Positions 46,451-56,323 of a DNA stretch of 64,000 nucleotides are shown piece by piece. The translations under genes were made by a program, and so were the position numbers. The DNA is from Candidatus Latescibacterota bacterium (GTDB taxonomy: Bacteria; Latescibacterota; UBA2968): NCBI GenBank assembly GCA_965207885.1, contig OZ242311.1, forward strand, positions 960,001 to 1,024,000. Direction: 5' to 3'. Each line of letters begins with the position of its first letter. Position 1 is the first letter of the stretch. Under the pieces are notes generated by a model. That model was not told where the DNA came from. It saw only the letters and a program-made list of their open reading frames with translations, and ran no database searches.

Positions 46451-46482
46451 GTCATCGCGGCAGGGTTTTAGCCGCGATCCAG
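46451..46482 (+). repeat. REP-like palindrome (copy 3, identical to copy 2)
   Basis: gtcatcgcggcagggttttagccgcgatccag. Confidence 0.85.
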
Positions 46483-46509
46483 TCTCAAATAGTTTTTAGA
46501 GGGGTGTGT

Positions 46510-49500
46510 ATGAAGTGGATCTTTATTTTTGCTGTTGGTATGGCCAGTGCGGCGATGGCGCAGGATATGCCCTGGCGCTATGATTTTGAGGAGAGGTCTG
46601 GATCCTATCGGGCAGATGCGGGTAGCGAGGTGTCGCTTTCGACGAGACGTTATAAAGAGGGACAGCACTCCTTGAAGTGGTCATGGCAGAATAACGGGCG
46701 GCTTTTGTTCACGGATCCCGCGCCGGGACGCAATAAGGCGCTGACCGGGTTTCGGGCGTGGGTGTATAACGAGGTGGCGCTCGATGAGGTGCTGACGTTT
46801 CGGTTTGGGACAGAGTCTGAATTGGCTGCAAATAATCCGCGTTATCAGTTTGAGTTTGGCTTGAATTTTACGGGCTGGCGGGCGATGTGGATCCATTTGC
46901 GGGATGATGCGCGGAACAGATCTTATGAGGGGTCGCGAAGTGGACGGGCGACGGCGTTTGAAATCAGGGCACCGAATAGCGGGGCTGTTTATCTGGATCT
47001 GGTGGAGTTGGTGGAGAGGATTCACCCCAGGCGGTCTCCAGATGCACAGGTTCCTTATGTCAATGCAGATAGAGCAGATAGGAGCCGCGAATATCGGTGG
47101 AGTCTGAATACATTGCCGGGTCCGCTTCCTACAGAGATAACTGATGATGAGAGACAGGCGTTTGAGACGATTGCGGCGCGATATGAGGCCTGGGTGCTGG
47201 GCAATGGGGTGAAGGATGACCAGCGGGAGCCTATGAAAATTAGGCTCAATGAGCTTGAAGCCTACATAAGGCGCGGGTATCGCAGTCTGGCGGATTACGA
47301 GATTCGACGCGAGGGTGATCGCATTTTGGGGAAGCCTCTGTTTGCCGAGTTGTCGCCCTATGAACCCCTTTTTCAGAGTGTTTTTCAGGGTGTTTTGTTG
47401 CGTCTGGTGCTGGATTATCGGTTGAATGGCAATGAGGAGGCCAGAGATCGGACACTGGATGTGTTCGATTATTTGCACGATCAGGGTTGGGCAGATGGCA
47501 GTGGTGTTGGGGCGATGCACCACGAGTTTTTGCGGGTTGCTGGCTATGCCCACGCGGTGTATTTGATGCGGGATGTTTTGCAGAGCAAGGGGATACTGGC
47601 GCGAGAGTTGGCGACGCTGAAATGGTTCAGTATGTTTGGCGAGTTGTATGAGGATCCGCAAGTGCTGGGCGCGAATGCGGATTTTATACGTTCGGTGGCG
47701 ATGTATCGGCTGTTGTGCATTTTGATGATGGACGATTCGCCCGAGAAGGTGGCGAATATGCGTTGCTATATCGCGTGGCTCAATAATGCACTATCTATTG
47801 CGCCTGGGTGGCTGGATACGATTAAGCCGGATTACACGGGATTTCACCATCGGGGTATTTACGCGGGTGGGTATGCGCCAAATGCTTTTCATGTGGCTTC
47901 TGTGCTGGTGTATTTGTTGTATGATACGCCTTTTGCAGTTGCGGATGATAAGCGCGATAATTTGAAGCAGGCGCTGTTGACGTCCAGGATTATGGCGAAT
48001 ACGTACGATATTTCAATGGCTGTTAATGGTCGTTTTCCGCGGAATACAGCGGTGGCTACCAAACTGTTGCCGGCGTATATGTATGTGGCTTTGAGCTATT
48101 CTCCGGTGGATGCGGAATTATCGGGCGCGTTTATGCAGCTTTGGAAACCGGATTCGCAGTTGCTGATAGAAGATATGTTTGAGCGGGTATCGGTGCGGCT
48201 GATGTATTTGCACACGCCGGGTGCGATGCAGATGATGGCAGATTTTGCAGAGGCGGGGTACGCACCTGCCGCTCCGCCGTCCGGGCACTGGACTCTGCCT
48301 TATGGCGCGCTGTCCATTCATCGGCGTGGGGACTGGATGGTGAGTATGAAGGGGTGGGGTAAATATGTGTGGGATTACGAGTCGTCGGGGAGGAATAATC
48401 CGCTCGGTCGTTATTTGAGCTATGGTTCGATGCTGGTTTACGCGAATGGCGATCCTGTTGGCCGGGAGGCGAGTGGGATTGTGCGAGATGGATGGGATTG
48501 GAGTATGTGGCCCGGTACGACGGCGATTCGCCTGAGTCATGAGCAGCTCAAACACGAGGGACGCGATCGCAATTTTTCAGATGAGACTTTTGTGGGTGGG
48601 GTGAATCTGAAAGGGCAAGATGGCGTGTTCGCGCTGAAGTTGCACGATACGAGATTCAATACGAGTTTTCGGGCGGTTAAGACGGTGTTCTGTTTTGACG
48701 ATGTGCTGGTTTGTCTGGGGTCGGATATTGAGAATGATGATGGTGGGCCTGCGACGGTGACGCCGCTGTTTCAGGCGGCTATTTCTGAGGACCGTTCTAC
48801 GGAGGTGAATGGGGAGCGTGTGGGTGCGATTCCTTATGCGTTTTCGGGGATGGCGGGGCAGACGACATGGCTAATGGATTCTCTGGGCAATGGGTATGTG
48901 GTTCCAGATGGGGGCGATTTGCGGGTGCAGCGCCAGGTGCAGATTTCTAAAAATTATGGCAGGGATAGCGGCGGTACAGGGGCTTTTGAACTGGCGTATC
49001 TGGATCACGGTCCTATGCCTCAGGGTGCGTCGTATCACTATGCCGTGCTGGTTCAGAGGTCGCCGGATAGGGTGCGTGCGTTTGCGAGTTCACCGGAATA
49101 CGATGTGTGGCGGCAAGATGGTCAGGCACATATTGTGCATCACCGGGGGATGAAGGCGACGGGTTACGCGCTATTCGATAAGGATGCGAGGCCGACAGAT
49201 GGTCCGGTTGAGGGTGTGTCTTTGCCGAGTTTGGTGATGGTTCGAGAAGTGGATGATGGGTTATTGCTTTCGATGGCTGATCCGGATTTTGGGTGGAACT
49301 GGGAGATCCAGACGCCGCATCGGCAGGATGGTACGCTGGTTGTCAATCAGGCGAGTGAGCCTCGGAAGGTAGAGGTGACTGTGCGGGGGACATGGCGTCT
49401 GGATGGCAGATATGATCTGGCGAACGCAAGGGTTCAGTCGGATCAGACGGTTGTGGCGTTTACGTGTCAGGATGGCAAGGGCGTAGAGGTGAAGTTGGTG

Positions 49501-49533
49501 AGGGCGGATAGGCGTTTGGAGATAAAAAATTAA
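46510..49533 (+). CDS. PL8 chondroitin-sulfate ABC lyase-like secreted polysaccharide lyase
   Basis: Signal peptide; G.HSLKWSW, LNFTGWR, DQGWA.GS, IKPD.TGFHH...Y..GY, GRYLSYGS, GWDW..WPGTT, K.VFCFD. Confidence 0.87.
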   Translation: MKWIFIFAVGMASAAMAQDMPWRYDFEERSGSYRADAGSEVSLSTRRYKEGQHSLKWSWQNNGRLLFTDPAPGRNKALTGFRAWVYNEVALDEVLTFRFGTESELAANNPRYQFEFGLNFTGWRAMWIHLRDDARNRSYEGSRSGRATAFEIRAPNSGAVYLDLVELVERIHPRRSPDAQVPYVNADRADRSREYRWSLNTLPGPLPTEITDDERQAFETIAARYEAWVLGNGVKDDQREPMKIRLNELEAYIRRGYRSLADYEIRREGDRILGKPLFAELSPYEPLFQSVFQGVLLRLVLDYRLNGNEEARDRTLDVFDYLHDQGWADGSGVGAMHHEFLRVAGYAHAVYLMRDVLQSKGILARELATLKWFSMFGELYEDPQVLGANADFIRSVAMYRLLCILMMDDSPEKVANMRCYIAWLNNALSIAPGWLDTIKPDYTGFHHRGIYAGGYAPNAFHVASVLVYLLYDTPFAVADDKRDNLKQALLTSRIMANTYDISMAVNGRFPRNTAVATKLLPAYMYVALSYSPVDAELSGAFMQLWKPDSQLLIEDMFERVSVRLMYLHTPGAMQMMADFAEAGYAPAAPPSGHWTLPYGALSIHRRGDWMVSMKGWGKYVWDYESSGRNNPLGRYLSYGSMLVYANGDPVGREASGIVRDGWDWSMWPGTTAIRLSHEQLKHEGRDRNFSDETFVGGVNLKGQDGVFALKLHDTRFNTSFRAVKTVFCFDDVLVCLGSDIENDDGGPATVTPLFQAAISEDRSTEVNGERVGAIPYAFSGMAGQTTWLMDSLGNGYVVPDGGDLRVQRQVQISKNYGRDSGGTGAFELAYLDHGPMPQGASYHYAVLVQRSPDRVRAFASSPEYDVWRQDGQAHIVHHRGMKATGYALFDKDARPTDGPVEGVSLPSLVMVREVDDGLLLSMADPDFGWNWEIQTPHRQDGTLVVNQASEPRKVEVTVRGTWRLDGRYDLANARVQSDQTVVAFTCQDGKGVEVKLVRADRRLEIKN

Positions 49534-49572
49534 TGGCATGGCTCTTGACTCAAATGGGGATATGGGATAAAT

Positions 49573-49755
49573 TGGATCGCGGCCCCGTATTACAACCTAC
49601 GGGACATGCTTTAATCATGCCGCGATGACTATCGCTTGGGAGCCTGCCCCGTAGTGCTTGCCGTATAGAATCATTACGGCACATGCTTATACGGGGTCAC
49701 GCCCCTGCTTAAGGCATACAGGGGCAGGCTCTGCATGTCTTAAGCAGGCGTCCAG
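49573..49755. repeat. Cluster of nested REP-like palindromes
   Basis: Inverted family copy TGGATCGCGGC...GCCGCGATGAC carrying an inserted CCCGTA..TACGGG hairpin; GAGCCTGCCCC...GGGGCAGGCTC; GTCACGCC...GGCGTCCAG. Confidence 0.75.
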
Positions 49756-49785
49756 GATGGTCGTATTTATCGTTGTTTCTATTTT

Positions 49786-50409
49786 TTGGAGGATTGGATG
49801 ATTTTTGAGGACGATGTGATCCTCGAGGATGAGGATAAAGAGGAAGACGGCGCGTCGAAGAACGGTATTTTGAACAAGGGACTGATAGATGCGCGTACGA
49901 TTTTGATTTCCGATTCCGTGGATCACAAATTGACGGCTAAGGTGACGGCGCAGTTGCTGTTTTTGGATCATGAAGATCCAGAAAAACCGATTAAAATTTT
50001 TATTAATTCGCCCGGCGGTAGCGTGTACGATGGGTTTGCGATTTACGATATGATCCGATTTATCCGCCCCAGAGTGAAGATTATCAGTGCGGGTCTGTCA
50101 GCCAGTGCAGCGACGGTGATTATGATGGCGGCAGATAAGGCAGATCGGTTGGCTTTGCCAAATTCTCGTCTTATGATTCACCAGCCTTCGATGCGGTTTC
50201 AAGGGGTGGCTGAAGATGTGCGACGCACGGCTGAGGAGGTCGTGAAGATTAAGAAGAAGATTAACGAGATGTATGCCGATGAGACCGGTCAGCCACTTGA
50301 AAAGATTGAGGAAGATACGGATCGAGATTATTGGATGAGTCCCGATGAGGCTGTGGAATACGGGTTGATCAGTCGGGTTGTGAATGGGTTTGATGAGATA
50401 GATGGGTGA
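49786..50409 (+). CDS. clpP: ATP-dependent Clp protease proteolytic subunit
   Basis: AQLLFL, FINSPGGSV..G.AIYD, GLSASAA (Ser), MIHQP (His), DRDYWM (Asp); true start may be ATG 49798. Confidence 0.93.
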   Translation: MEDWMIFEDDVILEDEDKEEDGASKNGILNKGLIDARTILISDSVDHKLTAKVTAQLLFLDHEDPEKPIKIFINSPGGSVYDGFAIYDMIRFIRPRVKIISAGLSASAATVIMMAADKADRLALPNSRLMIHQPSMRFQGVAEDVRRTAEEVVKIKKKINEMYADETGQPLEKIEEDTDRDYWMSPDEAVEYGLISRVVNGFDEIDG

Positions 50410-50683
50410 AGTCAATTAAAAATTAGGAATTGATATGCACAGCGCGTAAGTCCGTCTCGCAGCGGACATCCGTTGTCCATCCAAACTTGAAAGGCCACCT
50501 TCTTTTGTGTTTGCATACAAACGATTTGCGCTGTGCAAGCCCCCCGCAGGGGCGCCCTTTTTTTGCTTCATTTTTTTGGGCGCGCAAAAAAATGAAGTCG
50601 CCGAAGGCATGAAAAGGAAATATATAGAAAAACTCTATTTATACCACAACAGTAGGAATTATGCACACCGCATCTATTTTTTT

Positions 50684-50718
50684 GAAAAGTCTCCTGAGCA
50701 AGGGGGCTTTTCTTTTTT
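50684..50718 (+). terminator. Terminator-like hairpin
   Basis: GAAAAGTCTCC-loop-GGGGCTTTTC followed by T6. Confidence 0.55.
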
Positions 50719-50730
50719 GAGAATTGGTGA

Positions 50731-53637
50731 ATGAATACACTTAAAAACAAAAGTATTACCCCGCATTGGATGATGCGTCTTTTGGGCACGCGGAAGGCGA
50801 CTATTTTAATTTCATCTGATGGGTTGATTTTGGAGAGGGCCGGGGGCAAACGCTTTGCGGTATGTACTGAAAAATTGACGCGAGAAGATGTATTACACCG
50901 GGGAAGGCTGTTTTTTGAGCTGGTGTTGCCGACGGATCGCGGCGTGCAGCAGCTGAAGGGTTTGCGCAAGGCAGAGGTGGAGGGATTTTTCGACTGGTTG
51001 GAGGATTATTGGTATTGGTTGGAGGAGAATCAAAAGTTCGCGTCAGAGGTGCGGCGGTGTGCCGCGGAGATTGATAGATTGCTGAATACGGGTTATTTGC
51101 GTAGTTCCCGCTGGTTGAAGATAAAAGCGATGGCACGGGAAATGCTCGATCAGTTTCGCATGGTGCCGGCGGTGGGCTATCTGGATCGCAATCGCCATGC
51201 TGATTTCACGCTGGTGCAGGAGGTGGCACACTGGGGTGATCAAGAGGTGGAAGATTTTCGCGCGCAATATGTCAGTCGCCTCAAAGAATCGTTTTCGACC
51301 TTTTTTGATGGGGTGGAGAGCAATCCGCTGAGCGAGAGCCAGCGCGATGCCTGTGTGATAGATGAGGATAATAATCTGGTGCTGGCTGGTGCGGGTACTG
51401 GCAAGACGAGTGCGATGGTGGGACGCGCGGGTTTTTTGGTTGAGAGCGGGCAGGCACAGCCCGATGAGGTTCTCATGCTGGCTTTTGCGAATAAGGCGGC
51501 ACGAGAGATGCAGGAGCGGCTGGATGAGCGCGTGGACAAAAAAGGCGTTGTTGCGAGTACGTTTCACAAACTGGGTAAGGATATTATTGCTTGGGTTGAA
51601 AAGGCGCAGCCTTCGATTTCACCTCTGGCAACAGATGGCGCGTTGCTGGAGAAGCATGTGGATCAGTGGTTTGAGAAGTTGCTTGAGATCTCGACCTATA
51701 GACAATGGGTTCTGGATTATCTGGGTTATTACAGGTATCAAGAGGTCAATCCTTTTGATTTTAAAACCCAGGGGGAGTACTTTGAATATATTTTTGCCAA
51801 TGAGATTCGCACGTTGAAGGGGGAGATGGTAAAGGGTTTGGGTGAGTGCTGGATCGCCAATCATCTGTTTATGCTGGGTGTGGCGTATGAATACGAGGCG
51901 GATTATGAGCATGAGACGAGGGGACAGGATTATCGGCAATACCAACCCGATTTTTATCTTCCGTATTGCGGTATTTATCTGGAGCACTGGGGTATAGACC
52001 GCGATGGCAATACCGCACCTTTTGTGGGGAAGAAGAAGTATCACGCGGGGATGGATTGGAAACGCAGAGTTCACGAGAAGTACGGGACGCGCTTGATTGA
52101 GACGTTTCACTACGAATATACCGACGGTCGCTTGCTGACGGGTTTGCAGGAGAAATTAATACAGGCTGGGGTGCAATTTAATCCGCGTTCGCCGGATGAG
52201 ATGCTGGATACGCTGAGGGAGTTTGGTGCGATTCGCGATTTGACGCCGTTGCTCGCGGATTTGTTGAGGCGGTATAAGAGCCATTTGCCTCGTCCAGATC
52301 AACCGTGGAAGGAGATTGTCCAGGGCGATGACCTGAGTTTGGTTCAGCAACAGGCTTTGAAAATTGTGGTGCCGATTTATGAGAAGTATGAAGCGTTTTT
52401 GAAAGAGAACCGGCATATCGATTTTGACGATATGATTGGCAGGGCAATCGCGTATGTGAAATGTGGTCGTTTTGTTTCGCCCTGGCGATATATTCTGGTG
52501 GATGAGTTTCAGGATATATCCGAGCCGCGTGCGCGGTTGGTTAAGACTTTGAGAGAATCTGTTGATGTGTGTTCTCTGTTTTGCGTGGGCGATGATTGGC
52601 AGGCGATTTATCGCTTTACGGGTAGCGATATTCGGTTTACTACGGATTTTGAAGAGAGATTTGGGGCGACTAAAATTACGGTTCTGGATAAGACTTTTCG
52701 GTTCAATAATAGTATTTGCGATGTTGCATCCCTGTTTGTGACTGAGAATCCGGCGCAGGTTAAAAAGTCGTTGATTACACATGCGATGGTCAATCATTCC
52801 GCGGTTTCACTGTTGCGCGAGAAGAAGCATCGCGGTTCAGAGGTGGATCTTGACGATCGGCTGAATCGTGTGCTGGCGCATGTCGCCGCGCGGGCGGAAG
52901 AGGGGAGTTCGGTTTATTTGTTGGGCAGGTTTCGTTTTAACTTGCCCAATGACACGCAGATGATGATGTTGAGGAAGCGGTTTCCCTCTTTGTCTATTGC
53001 GTGTAATACCGTTCACGGTGCGAAGGGTTTGGAGGCGGATTATGTGGTGGTGCTGGGGCTTGAACGCGGTCAGTACGGTTTTCCTTCGCAGAAGACGTCT
53101 CATTCTTTGCTCGAGGCGCTGTTGCCCGCGTTAGATCCCTTTCCATATTCGGAGGAGCGCCGTTTGTTTTATGTCGCGCTGACGCGCGCCAAACAGCGCG
53201 TGTATTTGATTGGGGATATGACAAATGCGTCTGAGTTTTTGGTCGAGTTGTTGAAGAATAAATATCCGCTGGCGCTGGACGATTTTGAGACCAGTTTGGA
53301 ACAAGCGTCTTTTGAGCGTATTCGCTGTGTGAAGTGCAAGACGGGTACGCTTGTTGCCGTGCAGGGAAAGTCGTTTTACGGTTGTAGTAATTATCCGTTG
53401 TGCAATCATACTGAGAGCGGATGTCAAGCGTGTGGCAATCCGATGCAGCGCGTTGGGCGATTTAAAATATGTCTGGATCCCGATTGTGATTCATGGTTGC
53501 CTGTTTGTCCGAAGTGTGGTGCGGATATGGTTCAGCGCAAGGGGCGCTATGGGGCTTTCTGGGGGTGTAGGAATTTTCGCGGGGATGATGATATTTCTTG
53601 CCGGCATACGGAGAATAATATTTCTTTTTCTTCGTGA
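50731..53637 (+). CDS. UvrD/helicase IV-like SF1 helicase with nuclease-like insertion and C-terminal C4 zinc ribbons
   Basis: LAGAGTGKT, LAF, TFH, DFDDMI, VDEFQD, VGDDWQAIY.F.G, TVHGAKGLE, EERRLFYVALTRA; C-terminal CxxC repeats and FWGC. Confidence 0.9.
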   Translation: MNTLKNKSITPHWMMRLLGTRKATILISSDGLILERAGGKRFAVCTEKLTREDVLHRGRLFFELVLPTDRGVQQLKGLRKAEVEGFFDWLEDYWYWLEENQKFASEVRRCAAEIDRLLNTGYLRSSRWLKIKAMAREMLDQFRMVPAVGYLDRNRHADFTLVQEVAHWGDQEVEDFRAQYVSRLKESFSTFFDGVESNPLSESQRDACVIDEDNNLVLAGAGTGKTSAMVGRAGFLVESGQAQPDEVLMLAFANKAAREMQERLDERVDKKGVVASTFHKLGKDIIAWVEKAQPSISPLATDGALLEKHVDQWFEKLLEISTYRQWVLDYLGYYRYQEVNPFDFKTQGEYFEYIFANEIRTLKGEMVKGLGECWIANHLFMLGVAYEYEADYEHETRGQDYRQYQPDFYLPYCGIYLEHWGIDRDGNTAPFVGKKKYHAGMDWKRRVHEKYGTRLIETFHYEYTDGRLLTGLQEKLIQAGVQFNPRSPDEMLDTLREFGAIRDLTPLLADLLRRYKSHLPRPDQPWKEIVQGDDLSLVQQQALKIVVPIYEKYEAFLKENRHIDFDDMIGRAIAYVKCGRFVSPWRYILVDEFQDISEPRARLVKTLRESVDVCSLFCVGDDWQAIYRFTGSDIRFTTDFEERFGATKITVLDKTFRFNNSICDVASLFVTENPAQVKKSLITHAMVNHSAVSLLREKKHRGSEVDLDDRLNRVLAHVAARAEEGSSVYLLGRFRFNLPNDTQMMMLRKRFPSLSIACNTVHGAKGLEADYVVVLGLERGQYGFPSQKTSHSLLEALLPALDPFPYSEERRLFYVALTRAKQRVYLIGDMTNASEFLVELLKNKYPLALDDFETSLEQASFERIRCVKCKTGTLVAVQGKSFYGCSNYPLCNHTESGCQACGNPMQRVGRFKICLDPDCDSWLPVCPKCGADMVQRKGRYGAFWGCRNFRGDDDISCRHTENNISFSS

Positions 53638-54422
53638 AAGGAGTGGGCGTGATGGTTTTGCCCAGTATGCGATTGGATGATAAGGTTGTGCTGGTGACGG
53701 GCGCGGGTTCGGGTATTGGGCGGGCGATTGCGCTGGCGGTGGCTGAGGTGGGTGCCGATGTGGCGGTGTGTGAGGTGCCACAGAAGGTTGATGCGCTGGA
53801 TGAGGTGTGCAAAGCGGTTGGAGATTTGGAGCAACGGGCATTGCCATTGGCGTTGCAATTGCCGGATCAGGAAAGTATTGATGCGGCGGTGAGCCGGGTT
53901 ATCGATACGTATGGCAGGGTTGATATTCTGGTGAATAATGCGGGTGTGAATATTCCCAGGGACGCGCTCGAGGTGACAGAGGCAGATTGGGATGGGGTGC
54001 TGGATGTGAATTTGAAGGGGTTGTTTTTTATGTCGCAGCGCGTGGCGCGGTCGATGATTGAGACGGGTGGTGGCAAAATTGTCAATATTGCGTCGCAAAA
54101 TGGGGTGGTGGGTTATTACAAGCGCGCGGCTTATTGTTCGAGCAAGGCCGGTGTGATAAATCTGACGCGGGTGTTGGCTGTGGAGTGGGCATCCCATCAG
54201 ATTACGGTGAATGCCGTGGGTCCGACGTTTATTTTGACGCCGTTGACACAATCGACGTTTGACAATGAGGCGTTGCGCGAGGATTTGCTTTCTCGCATTC
54301 CTCTTGGGCGCGTGGGAAAGCCCGAAGATGTGGTGGGTGCGGTGGTGTTTTTGGCCAGTCCGGCTGCGGATCTTATTACGGGGCATACGCTGCTGGTGGA
54401 TGGCGGCTGGACAGCGCTGTGA
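53634..54422 (+). CDS. SDR oxidoreductase (KduD/gluconate 5-dehydrogenase-like)
   Basis: TGAGSGIG, NNAG, YCSSK, VDGG. Confidence 0.9.
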   Translation: MKGVGVMVLPSMRLDDKVVLVTGAGSGIGRAIALAVAEVGADVAVCEVPQKVDALDEVCKAVGDLEQRALPLALQLPDQESIDAAVSRVIDTYGRVDILVNNAGVNIPRDALEVTEADWDGVLDVNLKGLFFMSQRVARSMIETGGGKIVNIASQNGVVGYYKRAAYCSSKAGVINLTRVLAVEWASHQITVNAVGPTFILTPLTQSTFDNEALREDLLSRIPLGRVGKPEDVVGAVVFLASPAADLITGHTLLVDGGWTAL

Positions 54423-54464
54423 AGTGAGAAATGAGAAGGATGAAGTGTGAAGTTAAAGGCACCT

Positions 54465-54497
54465 GTCATCGCGGCATGGTGTTGAGCCGCGATCCAG
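54465..54497 (+). repeat. REP-like palindrome (copy 5)
   Basis: gtcATCGCGGC-atggtgttga-GCCGCGATccag. Confidence 0.85.
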
Positions 54498-54531
54498 AAG
54501 GTTTTTAGTTGATGGTTAAAGGCGAATTGCT

Positions 54532-55539
54532 ATGAAGAGTTCTAAAAATACAGGCCGGGGACCGCTGTTTACAGATCCCGATCCAGATGTTGCACGGGCG
54601 TTTTTTCGAGAGAAGAAGGGCGCGTTGACAGATAAGCTGATGTCTGTGTCTGATGCTGTTGCCGAGTTTGTGCACGATGGCGATTATTTGGCTTCTGGCG
54701 GGTTTGGTGGGAACAGGATTGCGACGGCTCTTTTGCACGAGGTTGTGCGGCAAGAGAGAACAAATCTGGGGTTTGCCGGTCATACGGCGACGCACGATTT
54801 TCAGATTTTGGCAGCGGGTACGCGCACGGGGAAGCAGATTTTTTCGCGGTTGGATGCGGCATATATTTTGGGGTTGGAAGCGCGCGGTTTGTCGGCACAG
54901 GCGCGGCGGTTGATGGAGAGCGGAGAGGTTGAGGTGTGTGAGTGGACAAATTACGCGCTGGCATGTCGGTTTCGGGCGGCGGCGACGGGTGTGCCTTTTG
55001 TGCCGATTCGCAGTATGTTGGGGACCGATACGTTTCGGGAGAGTGCAGCAAAAGAAATCGAGTGTCCTTTTACGGGTAAATCGCTGACGGCTGTGCCCGC
55101 TCTGTATCCCGATGTGGCGCTTATCCATGTGCACGAGAGTGATTTGTTCGGGAATTGCCGCATTCGGGGTATTACGGTGGCTGATTGGGATTTGTCGCGT
55201 GCATCCAAACATGTGATTGTGAGTGCGGAGCGCATTGTGAGTACAGATGAGATTCGCAGCGATCCAAATGCGACCGCGATTCCTGCTTTTTGTGTTGATG
55301 CGGTGTGTCATGTGCCTTATGGATCGTTTCCCGGCAATATGGCTGGGGAGTATTTCTCGGATGAAGAGCATCTCAGAGCGTGGTTGGACGCTGAGCGAGA
55401 TGTGGAGGCATATCGCGCGTTTCTGGATAAGTATTTGTATGGTGTTGATTGTTTTGAGGCTTATCTGGAGATTTGCGGTGGGGAAGAGCGGCTGGCGGAG
55501 TTGCGGCGGTTGGAAGGTAAGGGTACAGGTTATGTCTGA
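54532..55539 (+). CDS. Family I CoA-transferase subunit A (glutaconate CoA-transferase-like)
   Basis: KLMS..DAV..FVHDGD....GGF, RFRAAATGVPF.P, CPFTG, PDVALIHV. Confidence 0.87.
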   Translation: MKSSKNTGRGPLFTDPDPDVARAFFREKKGALTDKLMSVSDAVAEFVHDGDYLASGGFGGNRIATALLHEVVRQERTNLGFAGHTATHDFQILAAGTRTGKQIFSRLDAAYILGLEARGLSAQARRLMESGEVEVCEWTNYALACRFRAAATGVPFVPIRSMLGTDTFRESAAKEIECPFTGKSLTAVPALYPDVALIHVHESDLFGNCRIRGITVADWDLSRASKHVIVSAERIVSTDEIRSDPNATAIPAFCVDAVCHVPYGSFPGNMAGEYFSDEEHLRAWLDAERDVEAYRAFLDKYLYGVDCFEAYLEICGGEERLAELRRLEGKGTGYV

Positions 55540-56299
55540 TTATAATGAAGTTGAAATGGCGATTTGTGTGGCGTCCCGGTTGCTGGAGGATGGGGCGACT
55601 GTTGGGGTGGGTACAGGGGCGCCGTGTGCTGCGGCGATGCTGGCGCAAAAGACGCATGCGCCGGGGCTTTTGGTGGCTTTTGAGGCGGGTGGTTTGGCGC
55701 CGATGTTGCCCGCGATGCCCATTTCTGTGGGCGATTCGCGCACGACACATCGGGCTCTTATGGCGACGAGTATGTGTGATATTATGGAGACGTGTCAGCG
55801 GGGTGTGATGGATTACGCGTTTTTGGGTGGTGCCCAGATCGATGCGTATGGAAATTTAAATTCTACGGTTATTGGCGATTACAAAAAGCCGCGCGTGCGT
55901 TTTCCGGGTAGCGGAGGTGCCAATGATTTTGCGAGTTTTTGCTGGCGCACGCTGATTATTACACAGCACGATCGCCGTCGTTTTGTGGAAGAGATCGATT
56001 TTTTGACGACGCCGGGTTTTCTGACCGGGTCGGGCGCGCGCGAGGCTGCGGGGTTGCCCATAGGTGGGGGACCCTATCGCGTGATTACGGATCTGGGTGT
56101 GATGAGTTTTGATGAAGATACATGTCGGATGCAGGTCGAGAGTTTGCACCCCGGCGTGACGTTTGATGAGGTGAAGATAAATACCGGGTTTGAATTGGGT
56201 CGGGTAGATTCTCTTGAAGAGACTGTGCCGCCCACGGAAGCGGAGTTGTGCATTTTACGCGATGAGGTCGATCCCGATGGGTTAATTATTGGGAGATGA
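55532..56299 (+). CDS. Family I CoA-transferase subunit B
   Basis: VGTG.P, FEAG, FLGGAQIDAYGN.NST, PGSGGAND, VITDLG, LHPGV. Confidence 0.87.
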   Translation: MSDYNEVEMAICVASRLLEDGATVGVGTGAPCAAAMLAQKTHAPGLLVAFEAGGLAPMLPAMPISVGDSRTTHRALMATSMCDIMETCQRGVMDYAFLGGAQIDAYGNLNSTVIGDYKKPRVRFPGSGGANDFASFCWRTLIITQHDRRRFVEEIDFLTTPGFLTGSGAREAAGLPIGGGPYRVITDLGVMSFDEDTCRMQVESLHPGVTFDEVKINTGFELGRVDSLEETVPPTEAELCILRDEVDPDGLIIGR

Positions 56300-56323
56300 T
56301 GCCAACAATTTCAAAACAAAGCC

